Origin: Actinomycetota bacterium
Lineage (GTDB): Bacteria; Actinomycetota; Aquicultoria; Subteraquimicrobiales; UBA9087
NCBI GenBank assembly: GCA_030019215.1
Contig: JASEEZ010000007.1
Location: forward strand, 2,521-66,520
DNA: 64,000 bases
Reading direction: 5' to 3'
The notes below the pieces were generated by a model, which had not been told where the DNA came from, made no database searches, and saw only the letters and a list, made by a program, of their open reading frames with translations. Below are positions 30,740-39,546 of the stretch, piece after piece. Numbering within the stretch: the stretch's first letter is position 1; the number at the start of each line of letters is the position of its first letter. The position numbers and the translations under genes are program-made.

Positions 30740-32647
30740 ATGTTTTTGAAGCATGTCATCGTCGGCACCGCTGGTCACATCGATCACGGAAAGACCACTT
30801 TGATCAAGGCCCTCACGGGAGTCGACACCGATCGTTTGAAGGAGGAGAAAAAGCGGGGCATCTCTATCGAATTGGGCTTCGCCGAGTTTAGGCTTCCCAG
30901 CGGGCAGATCGCTGGAGTGGTCGATGTCCCGGGCCACGAACGCTTTGTCAAGAATATGCTGGCCGGAGCCACGGGGATTGATCTATTGCTCCTGGTTGTG
31001 GCCGCCGACGATGGAGTAATGCCTCAAACGAAAGAACACTTGGCCATAGCCGATCTCCTGGGCGTGAAGAGAGCCGTGGTGGCTTTGACCAAGGCTGATC
31101 TGGTCGAGGAGGAGTGGCTGAAGATCGTCGAGGATGATGTGCGATCGGTACTTAAGGGAACTCTTTTTGAGGGAGCCTCGATAGTCCCCGTCTCCCCGCT
31201 CGCGGGATTCGGACTGGAGAAGTTGGTGGCCGAGATAGACGAAGCCGTTCGGGAAGTTCTCCCGAAGGATACGGATGCCCCCTACCGTCTCCCCATCGAC
31301 CGCGTCTTTATCTTAAAGGGCATCGGAACGGTGGTCACTGGAACTCTCTGGTCGGGGGAGATTCGTCCTGAGATGCAGGTTAGGCTTCTCCCCAGGGACC
31401 TCTCCGCCAGGGTGAGGAGCGTTCAAGTTCATGGACACCGCGTAGAGAAAGCATCGGCTGGGCAGCGGGTGGCTCTCAACCTGGTCGGCGTCGGTTCGGG
31501 CGAGATAGAGAGGGGTGATGTTGTTCTTCCCCCACGGTATCTATCGCCGAGCCGGATGTTTGATGCCAAACTCCAACTCTTAACCGATGCGTCAAAACCG
31601 CTGAAGAGTGGAGCGAGGGTCCGCGTTCACCATGGAACCCAGGAAGTTATGGGGAGGATCATTTTGGTCGATGCCCAGGAGATTCCTCCAGGGGAGAGCA
31701 CCTACGTCCAAATCCGTCTGGAGAAGCCGATAGTCCCCAAATTCAATGATAGGTTCATCATCAGAAGCTACTCCCCAATCCACACCATAGGGGGGGGGAG
31801 AGTTCTAGACAGCCATCCCTTTAAGCACAGGCGTTTCTCCCCAGAGACCGTGGAGAGGATGAGGATATTGGAGAAGGGGGATCCGGTGGAGATGGTCGAG
31901 CTGATTTTCGCCGAGGCCAAGCTCCATCCCCTGGATGAGAAAGCTATCGCCGCTCGCTCTGGGTTGTCGGAAGAGGTGGTTGAGGAGGCTCTCGCCACGC
32001 TAGTTCGGGATAGGGCAATCTGCTCTCTAAAGGGAGGGGGGCTCTTCGTTTCCGCGACGGGCTACGATAAGATAAAGTCGGATGTCGTTGCTTTCCTTGA
32101 GAAATATCATGTGGAGAGTCCCTTGAGCACCGGGGCCAAGAAGGAGATGGTCAGGGCCAAAGTTCTCCCGAGCCTTTCGTCTGGGCTGGCCGATATTATC
32201 TTCGCCGATCTGCTTGCCTCGGGCGCTATTTCCCAGAAAGGGGATGCTCTCCGTCATCCTCTGGTTGCGACCGAACCAAGTCCGGCGCATAGGGAGATGT
32301 GTGATAAAATAAAAAAGCTGCTGTTCGAGCAAAGATTTGCCCCTCCGCTTTTGAGTGAGGTGAGCGACCTTTTGGGGATCACTCAGGAGGAAGCCAGGGA
32401 GTATTTGAGGATGCTCTTCTCCCAAGGGGAAGTCGTGAGAGTAAGACACGATCTCTATTTTCACGGTGCCATTTTTGAGGAGATCAAAGATAAGGTGGTG
32501 AACTTCCTGGAGAAGAGGGGAAAAATAGGTCCGGGGGAGTTTAAGGAATTGCTGGGGATAAGTCGCAAGTACGCTTTACCCCTTCTGGAATATTTAGATG
32601 CCCGGCGCATCACGCGAAGGGTTGGAAACGATAGAGTGCTGCGGTAG
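30740..32647 (+). CDS. selB: Selenocysteine-specific elongation factor
   Basis: [25 protein letters not shown]-like TKAD and C-terminal winged-helix repeats. The start is taken at ATG 30740. Confidence 0.9.
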   Translation: MFLKHVIVGTAGHIDHGKTTLIKALTGVDTDRLKEEKKRGISIELGFAEFRLPSGQIAGVVDVPGHERFVKNMLAGATGIDLLLLVVAADDGVMPQTKEHLAIADLLGVKRAVVALTKADLVEEEWLKIVEDDVRSVLKGTLFEGASIVPVSPLAGFGLEKLVAEIDEAVREVLPKDTDAPYRLPIDRVFILKGIGTVVTGTLWSGEIRPEMQVRLLPRDLSARVRSVQVHGHRVEKASAGQRVALNLVGVGSGEIERGDVVLPPRYLSPSRMFDAKLQLLTDASKPLKSGARVRVHHGTQEVMGRIILVDAQEIPPGESTYVQIRLEKPIVPKFNDRFIIRSYSPIHTIGGGRVLDSHPFKHRRFSPETVERMRILEKGDPVEMVELIFAEAKLHPLDEKAIAARSGLSEEVVEEALATLVRDRAICSLKGGGLFVSATGYDKIKSDVVAFLEKYHVESPLSTGAKKEMVRAKVLPSLSSGLADIIFADLLASGAISQKGDALRHPLVATEPSPAHREMCDKIKKLLFEQRFAPPLLSEVSDLLGITQEEAREYLRMLFSQGEVVRVRHDLYFHGAIFEEIKDKVVNFLEKRGKIGPGEFKELLGISRKYALPLLEYLDARRITRRVGNDRVLR

Positions 32648-32865
32648 CGAAAGTGAAAAAGCAGATGGCTGATGGCAGATAGCAAACGGCAGATAGCTGG
32701 TTGCAGATAGTTTGAGCTATTAGCCATCGAGCGAACGTTAGTGAGCGAGCCATAAGCCATACGCCATCGAGTGAGCGAGAGCGAACGAGCTACGAACGAG
32801 CTATATGCTATCGAGGCCGCGAGGCCAAGCCATTAGCTAGTGGCTGGAAGCTGTCAACTGAATGT
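32648..32865. repeat. Degenerate heptamer array between selB and tRNA-Sec
   Basis: cagatgg ctgatgg cagatag caaacgg cagatag ctggttg cagatag ... catcgag cgaacgt tagtgag cgagcca taagcca tacgcca tcgagtg ... ctagtgg ctggaag ctgtcaa. Confidence 0.85.
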
Positions 32866-32962
32866 GGGGGTGGATCGGTCCTGGTGGATCGCCTGGTCTT
32901 CAAAACCACGGTGGGGTGCGAAGAGCATCCTGGGTGGGTTCGATTCCCACACACTCCCGCCA
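32866..32962 (+). tRNA. selC: tRNA-Sec (anticodon UCA)
   Basis: Hand fold: 6-bp D stem cggtcc/ggatcg with a 4-nt loop; anticodon loop cuUCAaa; 6-bp variable stem gggtgc/gcatcc; T arm gtggg-ttcgatt-cccac; long acceptor stem; G73; encoded CCA. One mismatch each in the acceptor and anticodon stems. Confidence 0.8.
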
Positions 32963-32996
32963 AATTATTCTTTCTTATCTTCGCCCAACCACCGTT

Positions 32997-33307
32997 TCAT
33001 CTGCGCTCTTTCTCCGTATTTCTCGGACCACTCCTTGAAGTGTTTTTCTTTCTGGTAGCAGTGAAATTGACCTCGCAGTGGTTGCAGATGATGGCCCTTT
33101 TGGAGTGGTGAAGAGGACAATCTTTTGTTAAATCAAAGCAGTTTTTCTTCTGGAGGTAGGCGGGACAGTCGAGGCGAAATCTCTCCTCACACCCTCCACC
33201 TCCCAGCAGGGACGGGAGGCTTTGAAGGCTGGACAGACCGTCATCACTCCCATGGAGCACCTGTGGATTACGGCACAGATTGGTATATTTTCCCACTTAG
33301 CTTCCAA
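32997..33307 (-). CDS. Cys-rich small protein, copy 1; a twin-CW-like N-part and a CxxC-rich C-part lie in two frames (-1 shift needed near 33192-33194)
   Basis: See the finding at 32997-34884. The upstream frame gives ICAVIHRCSMGVMTVCPAFKASRPCWEVEG and the downstream frame gives CEERFRLDCPAYLQKKNCFDLTKDCPLHH...ICNHCEV. Confidence 0.5.
33071..33283. repeat. 213-bp direct repeat, copy 1 (209/213 identical to 34639-34851)
   Basis: Aligned by eye. All four differences fall within a 9-nt window. Confidence 0.9.
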
Positions 33308-33465
33308 GATACGATCACCGTCCCAAGTTTTTTACAATAAAGTGGAAGGATGGACAAGTGAGCATAAAGGTTCTAACTAGTTTTGCCGATATACCTTGAA
33401 GGGTTTTTACGGTGTTCGTCGAATAATTTTCCCAGAAGGTTAATCGGAGAAAAAGGGAGGTCGAG

Positions 33466-34524
33466 ATGAAAAAAGTTTTAACGCTCGTCGTCTTGATCGG
33501 TTTGTTTCTTCTGCAGACCGTTCCGGCTATGGCAGTGGAGACCGTGGCCACGGAGAACTTCGAGACCTGGATCAACGCACAGGTGGTCAGCGGTTGGACC
33601 AGTGCGACCTCGGGCGATGGTGGGGAGTTCAGCCAGATTTACGCCTGTGGCCAGGGGGTCTCCTGTGGAGGAGATGGAACCAACTATAAATGCGTTTACC
33701 GGGATGTAACGGCCAGAGCCCCCTATTTTTACACCGCCACCGTGGAGGCCAAGTCAAACTCCATGAATGTGAACGGTCAGGTTGATGGCAGTTATGTCCA
33801 TGTTCATCTGCAGTTCAGGGATTCGGCCGGTAACGTCCTGAAGACCTCCTACACCGATGGGTCCGATCTTTCCCCCATCATCTGGAACACCCTCCAGGTC
33901 AATGGGTACGCTCCCAACGGGACAGCCGAGGTTAGGGCGATTCTCCAGGTGGTTGGCGGTGCCGGTGGTGGGACTGTCTTCAAGAACTTCAATCTCTATG
34001 AAGGCTCCTACGCTGATAGTGCTTTGACCACATTGCTGGTGGGACAGAATCTTACCAGGAGTACTGAGTGGGGCAATTCAAATATCGCCCAGGGTTGGGG
34101 TAGTTATTCCCACGGTGGTGGCCCTGGTGACTACACCAAGGTGGCCACAGGTGGCTCGGCTCAAGGGATATCCTGTGGTGGAGCTAGCACCAACTTCAAG
34201 CAGATCAGCAAGACATTTACGGCCTCCGCCGGCTATAGCTATGATGCCTCCGTAGAGGCCATATCCAACTGCACGAATGCCAGTGGAGAGATTGATCACA
34301 CTCTGGTGCGGATTTACATGGAGTTTTTGGATTCCTCCAGTAATGTTTTAGCTACACACATTATGGATGGGAAGCAGTGTGGTATCGAGCCCGCCAGGAC
34401 ATACAGTTTGAGGGCGCAGGCTGTTTCTCCGACGGGAACAACCCAGGTTAGGGTAACTTTGAAGGTTTTTGGTTGTTCTGCGGGGGGAGCGGTCTTCGAC
34501 AACTTTACCTTGACCAAATATTGA
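33466..34524 (+). CDS. Secreted protein with two tandem beta-sandwich (CBM/galactose-binding-like) repeats
   Basis: Signal peptide MKKVLTLVVLIGLFLLQTVPAMA. Two repeats of about 150 aa share GxSCGG..TN(Y/F)K...(Y/F)..(T/S)VEA(K/I)SN...G..D...V.(V/I).(L/M).F.DS.(G/S)NVL...VF.NF.L. Confidence 0.7.
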   Translation: MKKVLTLVVLIGLFLLQTVPAMAVETVATENFETWINAQVVSGWTSATSGDGGEFSQIYACGQGVSCGGDGTNYKCVYRDVTARAPYFYTATVEAKSNSMNVNGQVDGSYVHVHLQFRDSAGNVLKTSYTDGSDLSPIIWNTLQVNGYAPNGTAEVRAILQVVGGAGGGTVFKNFNLYEGSYADSALTTLLVGQNLTRSTEWGNSNIAQGWGSYSHGGGPGDYTKVATGGSAQGISCGGASTNFKQISKTFTASAGYSYDASVEAISNCTNASGEIDHTLVRIYMEFLDSSSNVLATHIMDGKQCGIEPARTYSLRAQAVSPTGTTQVRVTLKVFGCSAGGAVFDNFTLTKY

Positions 34525-34554
34525 TGCTAAGTCGCTGCAAGATTGAGGGTTGCA

Positions 34555-34583
34555 ATCAAACCCCGCCAATGGCGGGGTTTGAT
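34555..34583. terminator. Bidirectional intrinsic terminator
   Basis: atcaaaccccgcc-aat-ggcggggtttgat forms a 13-bp stem with A/T-rich flanks on both sides, lying between convergent genes. Confidence 0.7.
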
Positions 34584-34884
34584 TATTTCATCCACTTCTT
34601 AGCCCGTCTCTCGCTCTCGTACTGGTGATATTGACACACCTCGCAGTGGTTGCAGATGATGGCCCTTTTGGAGTGGTGAAGAGGACAATCTTTCGTCAGC
34701 TCAAAGCAGTTTTTCTTCTGGAGGTAGGCGGGACAGTCGAGGCGAAATCTCTCCTCACACCCTCCACCTCCCAGCAGGGACGGGAGGCTTTGAAGGCTGG
34801 ACAGACCGTCATCACTCCCATGGAGCACCTGTGGATTACGGCACAGATTGGAATCTGCCTCTCATCATTTGCCAACGTTACCAC
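34583..34884 (-). CDS. Cys-rich small protein, copy 2 (same two-frame organisation; shift near 34760-34762)
   Basis: ORFs 34696..34884 and 34583..34828 overlap in different frames. Joined, they read ...ICAVIHRCSMGVMTVCPAFKASRPCWEVEG|CEERFRLDCPAYLQKKNCFELTKDCPLHHSKRAIICNHCEVCQYHQ... Confidence 0.5.
34639..34851. repeat. 213-bp direct repeat, copy 2
   Basis: See copy 1 at 33071-33283. Confidence 0.9.
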
Positions 34885-34963
34885 CCCTCGCGCTCGCTAG
34901 TGAATTTATCACAACTTATCTTGAGGGGCAATACAATATATTTTATGGATGATAGGGCGGTGC

Positions 34964-34992
34964 TTGACAGTGTTTGCACCATTATTTAGCAT
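34964..34992 (+). promoter_or_regulatory. Sigma-70-like promoter for the moaA leader
   Basis: TTGACA (34964-34969), 17-nt spacer, TAGCAT (34987-34992). Confidence 0.45.
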
Positions 34993-35099
34993 AACACTCA
35001 ATCATTGCAAAGGAGTTGCGGAGGATAAATTAAGTCGAACGTGATTTAGTGATGCAACGAAATGAAGGAGAACGAGAGGGTTTGCCGAAATAAGTAAAA

Positions 35100-35265
35100 G
35101 ATACATCTCCGACCCGGAGCCCCTAAGCCTGAAGGGATTTCGTGGTTCTATCAAAAAGCAAGATGACGGATTCCGAGTAGCCGTAGGCGGGGTATGGGGC
35201 GAGGGCGATAGGGCCAGAAGAGGGGAAACCCCCTGTGCCTCCCGTGTTTGGAAAGGAGAGGGTGA
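35100..35265 (+). promoter_or_regulatory. Candidate molybdenum-cofactor (Moco) riboswitch
   Basis: It lies upstream of moaA. It contains CCGAG...GCC, GCCTCCC (35237-35243) and GGAAAGGAG (35250-35258), elements I recall as conserved in the Moco RNA motif. A terminator hairpin follows. I ran no covariance-model test. Confidence 0.45.
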
Positions 35266-35271
35266 GCCGCT

Positions 35272-35297
35272 TCTTTTGCCGGGGGCGGCGTTTTTAT
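35272..35297 (+). terminator. Leader terminator / expression platform upstream of moaA
   Basis: gccgc-ttcttttgccgggg-gcggc followed by gttttta. Confidence 0.45.
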
Positions 35298-35312
35298 TCG
35301 GCGGGGACGAAG

Positions 35313-36284
35313 ATGCCCGATTTGGTCGATCCATTTAACCGAAAGATAGATTATCTGCGTCTCTCCATCACCGACAGGTGTAACCTTCGCTGCATTTATT
35401 GCATGCCCCTCAAGGGAATGACCTGGAAATCTCACGATGAAATTCTGACTTATGAAGAGATAGCCCTCTTTGCAAGGCATGCTGTCAAAGCCGGCATCTC
35501 AAAGATCAGGCTGACGGGGGGAGAGCCTTTGATCCGTCGGGACGTGGTTGGCTTAGTGGGCGATCTTTGTACCATCCCAGATGTGAAGGACATATCCCTC
35601 ACGACAAACGGTCTGCTTTTGGCGGATTACGTTGACGATCTCGTCAAGGCGGGTTTGAGAAGGGTAAACATAAGCATCGATTCACTCAAGCCCGAGGTTT
35701 ACCGCCGCATCACCCGGGGCGGCGATGTCGAAAGGGTCCTCGAGGGGTTGGAGGCTGCCCTGGAAGCCCCCCTTCATCCCGTCAAAGTGAACGTGGTTGT
35801 TCTGCGAGGGGTAAATGATGACCTCGAGGATTTTGTTGAGTTTGCCTACAACTACCCCATCCACGTGAGGTTCATCGAGCACATGCCCTTTAATGAAGAG
35901 ATCGGCCAGGACTATTTTGTATCTTGCTCTGAGATGAGGAGAAGGATGGAGAGTTTTGGTGAATTCGAGGAGACTCTCTCCCCTCCGGGGGCTGGTCCAG
36001 CTAGATATTTAAAGTTTAAGGGAGCGCTGGGGACCCTCGGTTTCATCAGTCCAATGAGTGGTCACTTCTGTTCCCGGTGCAACAGACTCCGCCTGACCGC
36101 GGACGGGAAGCTCAGAACCTGTCTCTTCTCCGATGAGGAGGTCGACGTGCGTGAGGTTCTCAGAAGGGGGGCTGGTGAGGGGGAAGTGGTGAAGTTGATC
36201 GGGGAAACCCTGGCCAAGAAACCAAGGGACCGTTTTTCTGCTCGGAGGAAATTTCAACGGAGGATGTTTCAGATTGGAGGTTGA
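35313..36284 (+). CDS. moaA: GTP 3',8-cyclase MoaA (radical SAM)
   Basis: MPDLVDPFNRKIDYLRLSITDRCNLRCIYCMP and the C-terminal cluster CSRCNRLRLTADGKLRTC. Confidence 0.9.
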   Translation: MPDLVDPFNRKIDYLRLSITDRCNLRCIYCMPLKGMTWKSHDEILTYEEIALFARHAVKAGISKIRLTGGEPLIRRDVVGLVGDLCTIPDVKDISLTTNGLLLADYVDDLVKAGLRRVNISIDSLKPEVYRRITRGGDVERVLEGLEAALEAPLHPVKVNVVVLRGVNDDLEDFVEFAYNYPIHVRFIEHMPFNEEIGQDYFVSCSEMRRRMESFGEFEETLSPPGAGPARYLKFKGALGTLGFISPMSGHFCSRCNRLRLTADGKLRTCLFSDEEVDVREVLRRGAGEGEVVKLIGETLAKKPRDRFSARRKFQRRMFQIGG

Positions 36285-36287
36285 GAT

Positions 36288-36343
36288 ATGTCGGATGTCG
36301 GATTTATCCTGGGCGAAGTCGAAGGATGTCGGATGTCGGATGG
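36288..36343. repeat. Heptamer tract at the moaA-moaC junction
   Basis: atgtcgg atgtcgg atttatc ctgggcg aagtcga aggatgt cggatgt cggatgg. Confidence 0.75.
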
Positions 36344-36833
36344 GGGAAGAAAATCAGATACCGAGCTCACGCATTTTGATGAGCGGGGCGGGGCGAGGAT
36401 GGTCGATGTGAGCGGGAAGGAGCCCACCCATCGGGAAGCGGTCGCCAGGGCGATCGTCAAGATGAAATCTCAGACACTGGAGATGATCAGAACCGGCGGG
36501 GTAAAGAAGGGAGACGTGCTTGCCGTGGCCCAGGTGGCGGGAGTGATGGCTGCCAAGAAGGCTTCCGAGCTCATCCCCCTGTGTCATCCCATCGGCATCT
36601 CCGGAGTAAACATCAATTTCAATCTGGATGAGGAAGAGGCGAACATCGAGATTGAAGCCGCTGTCAAAACCATGGATAGAACCGGTGTTGAGATGGAGGC
36701 ACTGGTTGCTTGCTCTATTGCTGCCTTAACCATCTATGATATGTGTAAATCTGTGGACAGGGCCATGACCGTAAGCGAAGTTCGCTTGGTGCGGAAGAGC
36801 GGTGGGGAGAGTGGCGAGTTCGTGCGCAAATGA
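36333..36833 (+). CDS. moaC: Cyclic pyranopterin monophosphate synthase MoaC
   Basis: ELTHFDERGGARMVDVSGKEPTHREAVA. The start is ambiguous (36288 or 36333) because ATGs are generated by the repeat. Confidence 0.85.
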   Translation: MSDGGRKSDTELTHFDERGGARMVDVSGKEPTHREAVARAIVKMKSQTLEMIRTGGVKKGDVLAVAQVAGVMAAKKASELIPLCHPIGISGVNINFNLDEEEANIEIEAAVKTMDRTGVEMEALVACSIAALTIYDMCKSVDRAMTVSEVRLVRKSGGESGEFVRK

Positions 36834-36846
36834 TTGGTGATTTAGG

Positions 36847-37911
36847 ATGAAATTGATTGGAAAAGGTAGCTGGGGAGAAGAGGTAGTAGATGTTCAGAGA
36901 AAGCTAGCCACGCTTGGCTACAGTTTGGGTTCGGCGGGTTTGGATGGAATCTTTGCAGAGGAGACCGAGTGCGCTGTGAAAAGGTTTCAACGAGATCGCG
37001 GACTGCCCGTCAGCGGGGTGGTAGATGAGGGAACTTGGCAGGGGTTGGTGGAAGCGACCTACAAGCTGGGTGACCGCCCCCTCTACCTTAGGGCTCCCTT
37101 TCTAAGAGGTGAAGATGTGAAGAAACTTCAGAGTTGGCTCAATACTTTGGGGTTTAATACGGGAGCCGTAGATGGCATCTTCGGGCCACTGACGGAAAGG
37201 GCGGTGCGGGAGTTCCAAAGAAATATCGGGCTCCCCAGCGACGGGATAGTCGGCGACTCCAGCCTCGATGCCCTTCATAATCTCAGGAATGTTCTGGAGT
37301 CTAATGCCCGCGTGGAGTTCCCGGAGAGGCGGACCTCTTCCATCTCCCTCTTTAAGGGGAGGAAGGTTGTGGTTGATATCGGTCACGGCCACCCAGATCC
37401 GGGCGCCGTCGGCCCCACTGGATTAAAAGAGAGTGAGATCTGCGAGGATTTGGGTTTGCGTTTCGGGAACCTATTGGAGTTATTAGGGGCCCATGTCCTA
37501 TATGTCCGGGAGAGAGAGTCCATTGATCTTTCCGAGCGAGCTAGAATCGCCAACGATGCTCAGGCGGACGTATTCGTGAGTTTTCACCTCAACGGCTCCT
37601 CGAAAACAGAGGCGGCGGGCACCAGTGCCTATTACTTTGCCAGTGGGAATCGGTACTCGCGGAAGGGAAAAAGATTGGCGGAGCTCATTCAAAGGGAACT
37701 CCTCTTCTCCTTAAACAGAAAGGATAACAAGGTTCGGGGCAAAAACTTCACGGTCTTGAGGACAACTAGAATGCCCGCCGTTCTTGTAGAACCGGTGTTT
37801 ATAACCAACCCCGAAGAGGAAAGATTGCTGAGGGAGGAAGCTTTTCGCCAGAAGATCGCCGTGGCCGTCTTCGATGGAGTTCAGGGATATTTGCGGGGGT
37901 GTGAGCGATGA
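36847..37911 (+). CDS. N-acetylmuramoyl-L-alanine amidase with two PG_binding_1 domains
   Basis: Two repeats of the type LGYSLGSAGLDGIFAEETECAVKRFQRDRGLPVSGVVD, plus Amidase_3-like VVVDIGHGHPDPGA...FVSFHLN. Confidence 0.85.
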   Translation: MKLIGKGSWGEEVVDVQRKLATLGYSLGSAGLDGIFAEETECAVKRFQRDRGLPVSGVVDEGTWQGLVEATYKLGDRPLYLRAPFLRGEDVKKLQSWLNTLGFNTGAVDGIFGPLTERAVREFQRNIGLPSDGIVGDSSLDALHNLRNVLESNARVEFPERRTSSISLFKGRKVVVDIGHGHPDPGAVGPTGLKESEICEDLGLRFGNLLELLGAHVLYVRERESIDLSERARIANDAQADVFVSFHLNGSSKTEAAGTSAYYFASGNRYSRKGKRLAELIQRELLFSLNRKDNKVRGKNFTVLRTTRMPAVLVEPVFITNPEEERLLREEAFRQKIAVAVFDGVQGYLRGCER

Positions 37912-38318
37912 AATTATTTTCCAATACCCTCGGATTTCGTACGGGGGCTCATATCGAGTTGGTCAATATCACCCCCGATGTCTCGCGGCTGGTGGCGAAG
38001 AGTGGCGTGAGGGAGGGGATTGCTCTCGTTTACTCCCCTCATACCACCACGGCTTTAATTATCAATGAGAATGAGCCTCGTCTGTTGAACGATTTAAGAG
38101 AAGCCATCAAGGATCTAATCCCCTGGGATAAGGCCTACGAGCACAACTTGATCGACGATAATGCCCCCTCCCACATAGTGGGGGCTTTTCTGGGGAACAG
38201 CCTGGCGTTGCCGATCACCCGGGGCAAAATCGAGCTGGGTACCTGGCAGAGCATCTTTTTGGTCGAACTCGACGGCTCTCGCTCAAGGGAGATCAAGGTA
38301 AAGATCGTCGGAGAGTGA
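37908..38318 (+). CDS. YjbQ/UPF0047-family protein
   Basis: 136 aa with HTTTALIINENEP...NAPSH motifs. Confidence 0.75.
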   Translation: MKLFSNTLGFRTGAHIELVNITPDVSRLVAKSGVREGIALVYSPHTTTALIINENEPRLLNDLREAIKDLIPWDKAYEHNLIDDNAPSHIVGAFLGNSLALPITRGKIELGTWQSIFLVELDGSRSREIKVKIVGE

Positions 38319-38321
38319 TCC

Positions 38322-39374
38322 TTGAAGGGCTCATCCATTACCTTAGTCTATCATCCCTTTTATCTCGAGCATGATCCCGGCCGCGGTCACCCAGAGAGGC
38401 CCGCTCGTTTGACTGCCATTTGCGATCTATTGGAGGGCCACGGGATTTTCTCCCGGGTTGAGCTGGTCAACCCGGACGAGGCGCCCACCGAGTTAATCAC
38501 CGCGGTTCATGATCCAGAGTATGTGAGGACCGTTGCGGAGATGGCCTCCCGTGGTGGCGGGTATCTGGATGTGGATACCGGCCTCTCGCGGGCTTCCTTC
38601 AGAGCCGCTCGGCTGGCGGTGGGAGGGGTGATTTTGGCGGTCAAGAGAGCCTTTTCTCAAGGAAAGGGCGCTTTCTGTCTGGTGAGACCGCCTGGTCATC
38701 ATGCCACTTCTAGTAGAGGAATGGGTTTTTGCCTCTTCAACAATTTGGCCATCGGGGCGCGATATGCGCTCGATGTGTTGGGGGCGAAAAGGGTGTTCAT
38801 TTTGGATTGGGATGCCCATCACGGCAATGGCATCCAGGATATCTTCTACGACACCCCTCTCGTGCTCTATCTCTCTCTTCATCAATATCCCCTCTACCCC
38901 GGTACCGGTTATCTAAACGAGGTTGGTGCCAATTCGGGTGAAGGTTTCACCGTGAATATCCCCCTTCCATCAGGGGCGGGAGACAATGTCTATCTGAAGG
39001 CTTTTGATGAGATCGTATTCCCCCTCGTCGGTCAGTTTGAACCCGATCTGATTATGGTTGCTGCCGGCTACGATGGGCACTTTGCCGATCCATTGGCCGG
39101 GTTGAATTTGACGGTGCGAGGTTATGCAGAGATGGCGAAAAGAGTACGGCAACTGGCTCACGATTTCTGCGAGAATCGTCTCGTCTTCTCCCTGGAGGGC
39201 GGCTACGATTTGGGGGCTCTTTCTCGGAGTGTCCTGGCTACCATCGGCGAGCTGGCCAACTTGGGTCTGGAAATTGAGGATCCCTGCAAGCCTCCCCCCG
39301 ATCTCCCGGTCAGCGAGATCCAACGGATTCTGGCCCCCATCGAGACTGCGCAGCGAAGATATTGGAAGCTTTAG
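38322..39374 (+). CDS. Histone-deacetylase-family (AcuC/Aph-like) deacetylase
   Basis: RPPGHHA and DWDAHHGNG motifs. Confidence 0.85.
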   Translation: MKGSSITLVYHPFYLEHDPGRGHPERPARLTAICDLLEGHGIFSRVELVNPDEAPTELITAVHDPEYVRTVAEMASRGGGYLDVDTGLSRASFRAARLAVGGVILAVKRAFSQGKGAFCLVRPPGHHATSSRGMGFCLFNNLAIGARYALDVLGAKRVFILDWDAHHGNGIQDIFYDTPLVLYLSLHQYPLYPGTGYLNEVGANSGEGFTVNIPLPSGAGDNVYLKAFDEIVFPLVGQFEPDLIMVAAGYDGHFADPLAGLNLTVRGYAEMAKRVRQLAHDFCENRLVFSLEGGYDLGALSRSVLATIGELANLGLEIEDPCKPPPDLPVSEIQRILAPIETAQRRYWKL

Positions 39375-39468
39375 TTCAAGAATAGTATAATCAAAAGCGG
39401 TCGGCAGTCGGTAGTCGATGGTTTTGGTTGTTGGTTTTACCATCGACCATAAACCATTAGCTGATTTT
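39375..39468. repeat. Heptamer array upstream of tRNA-Pro
   Basis: agcggtc ggcagtc ggtagtc gatggtt ttggttg ttggttt taccatc gaccata aaccatt agctgat. Confidence 0.8.
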
Positions 39469-39546
39469 CGGGATGTGGCTCAGCTTGGTTAGAGCGCCGT
39501 CTTCGGGAGGCGGAGGTCGGCGGTTCAAATCCGCCCATCCCGACCA
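39469..39546 (+). tRNA. tRNA-Pro (anticodon CGG)
   Basis: Cloverleaf folded by hand: acceptor cgggatg/catcccg (C1-G72), D arm gctc/gagc, anticodon loop uuCGGga with G37, T arm ggcgg-ttcaaat-ccgcc, encoded CCA. Confidence 0.9.

Noticed and set aside
35002-35480. Minus-strand ORFs of about 110 aa
   Set aside because: They overlap the moaA leader and the moaA 5' end and have no motifs. The plus-strand features explain the region.
32866-39546. Genomic island or integrative element at the tRNA-Sec or tRNA-Pro genes
   Set aside because: There is no integrase, no duplicated tRNA 3' fragment and no phage or conjugation genes. The intervening genes are housekeeping (moaAC, amidase, deacetylase).
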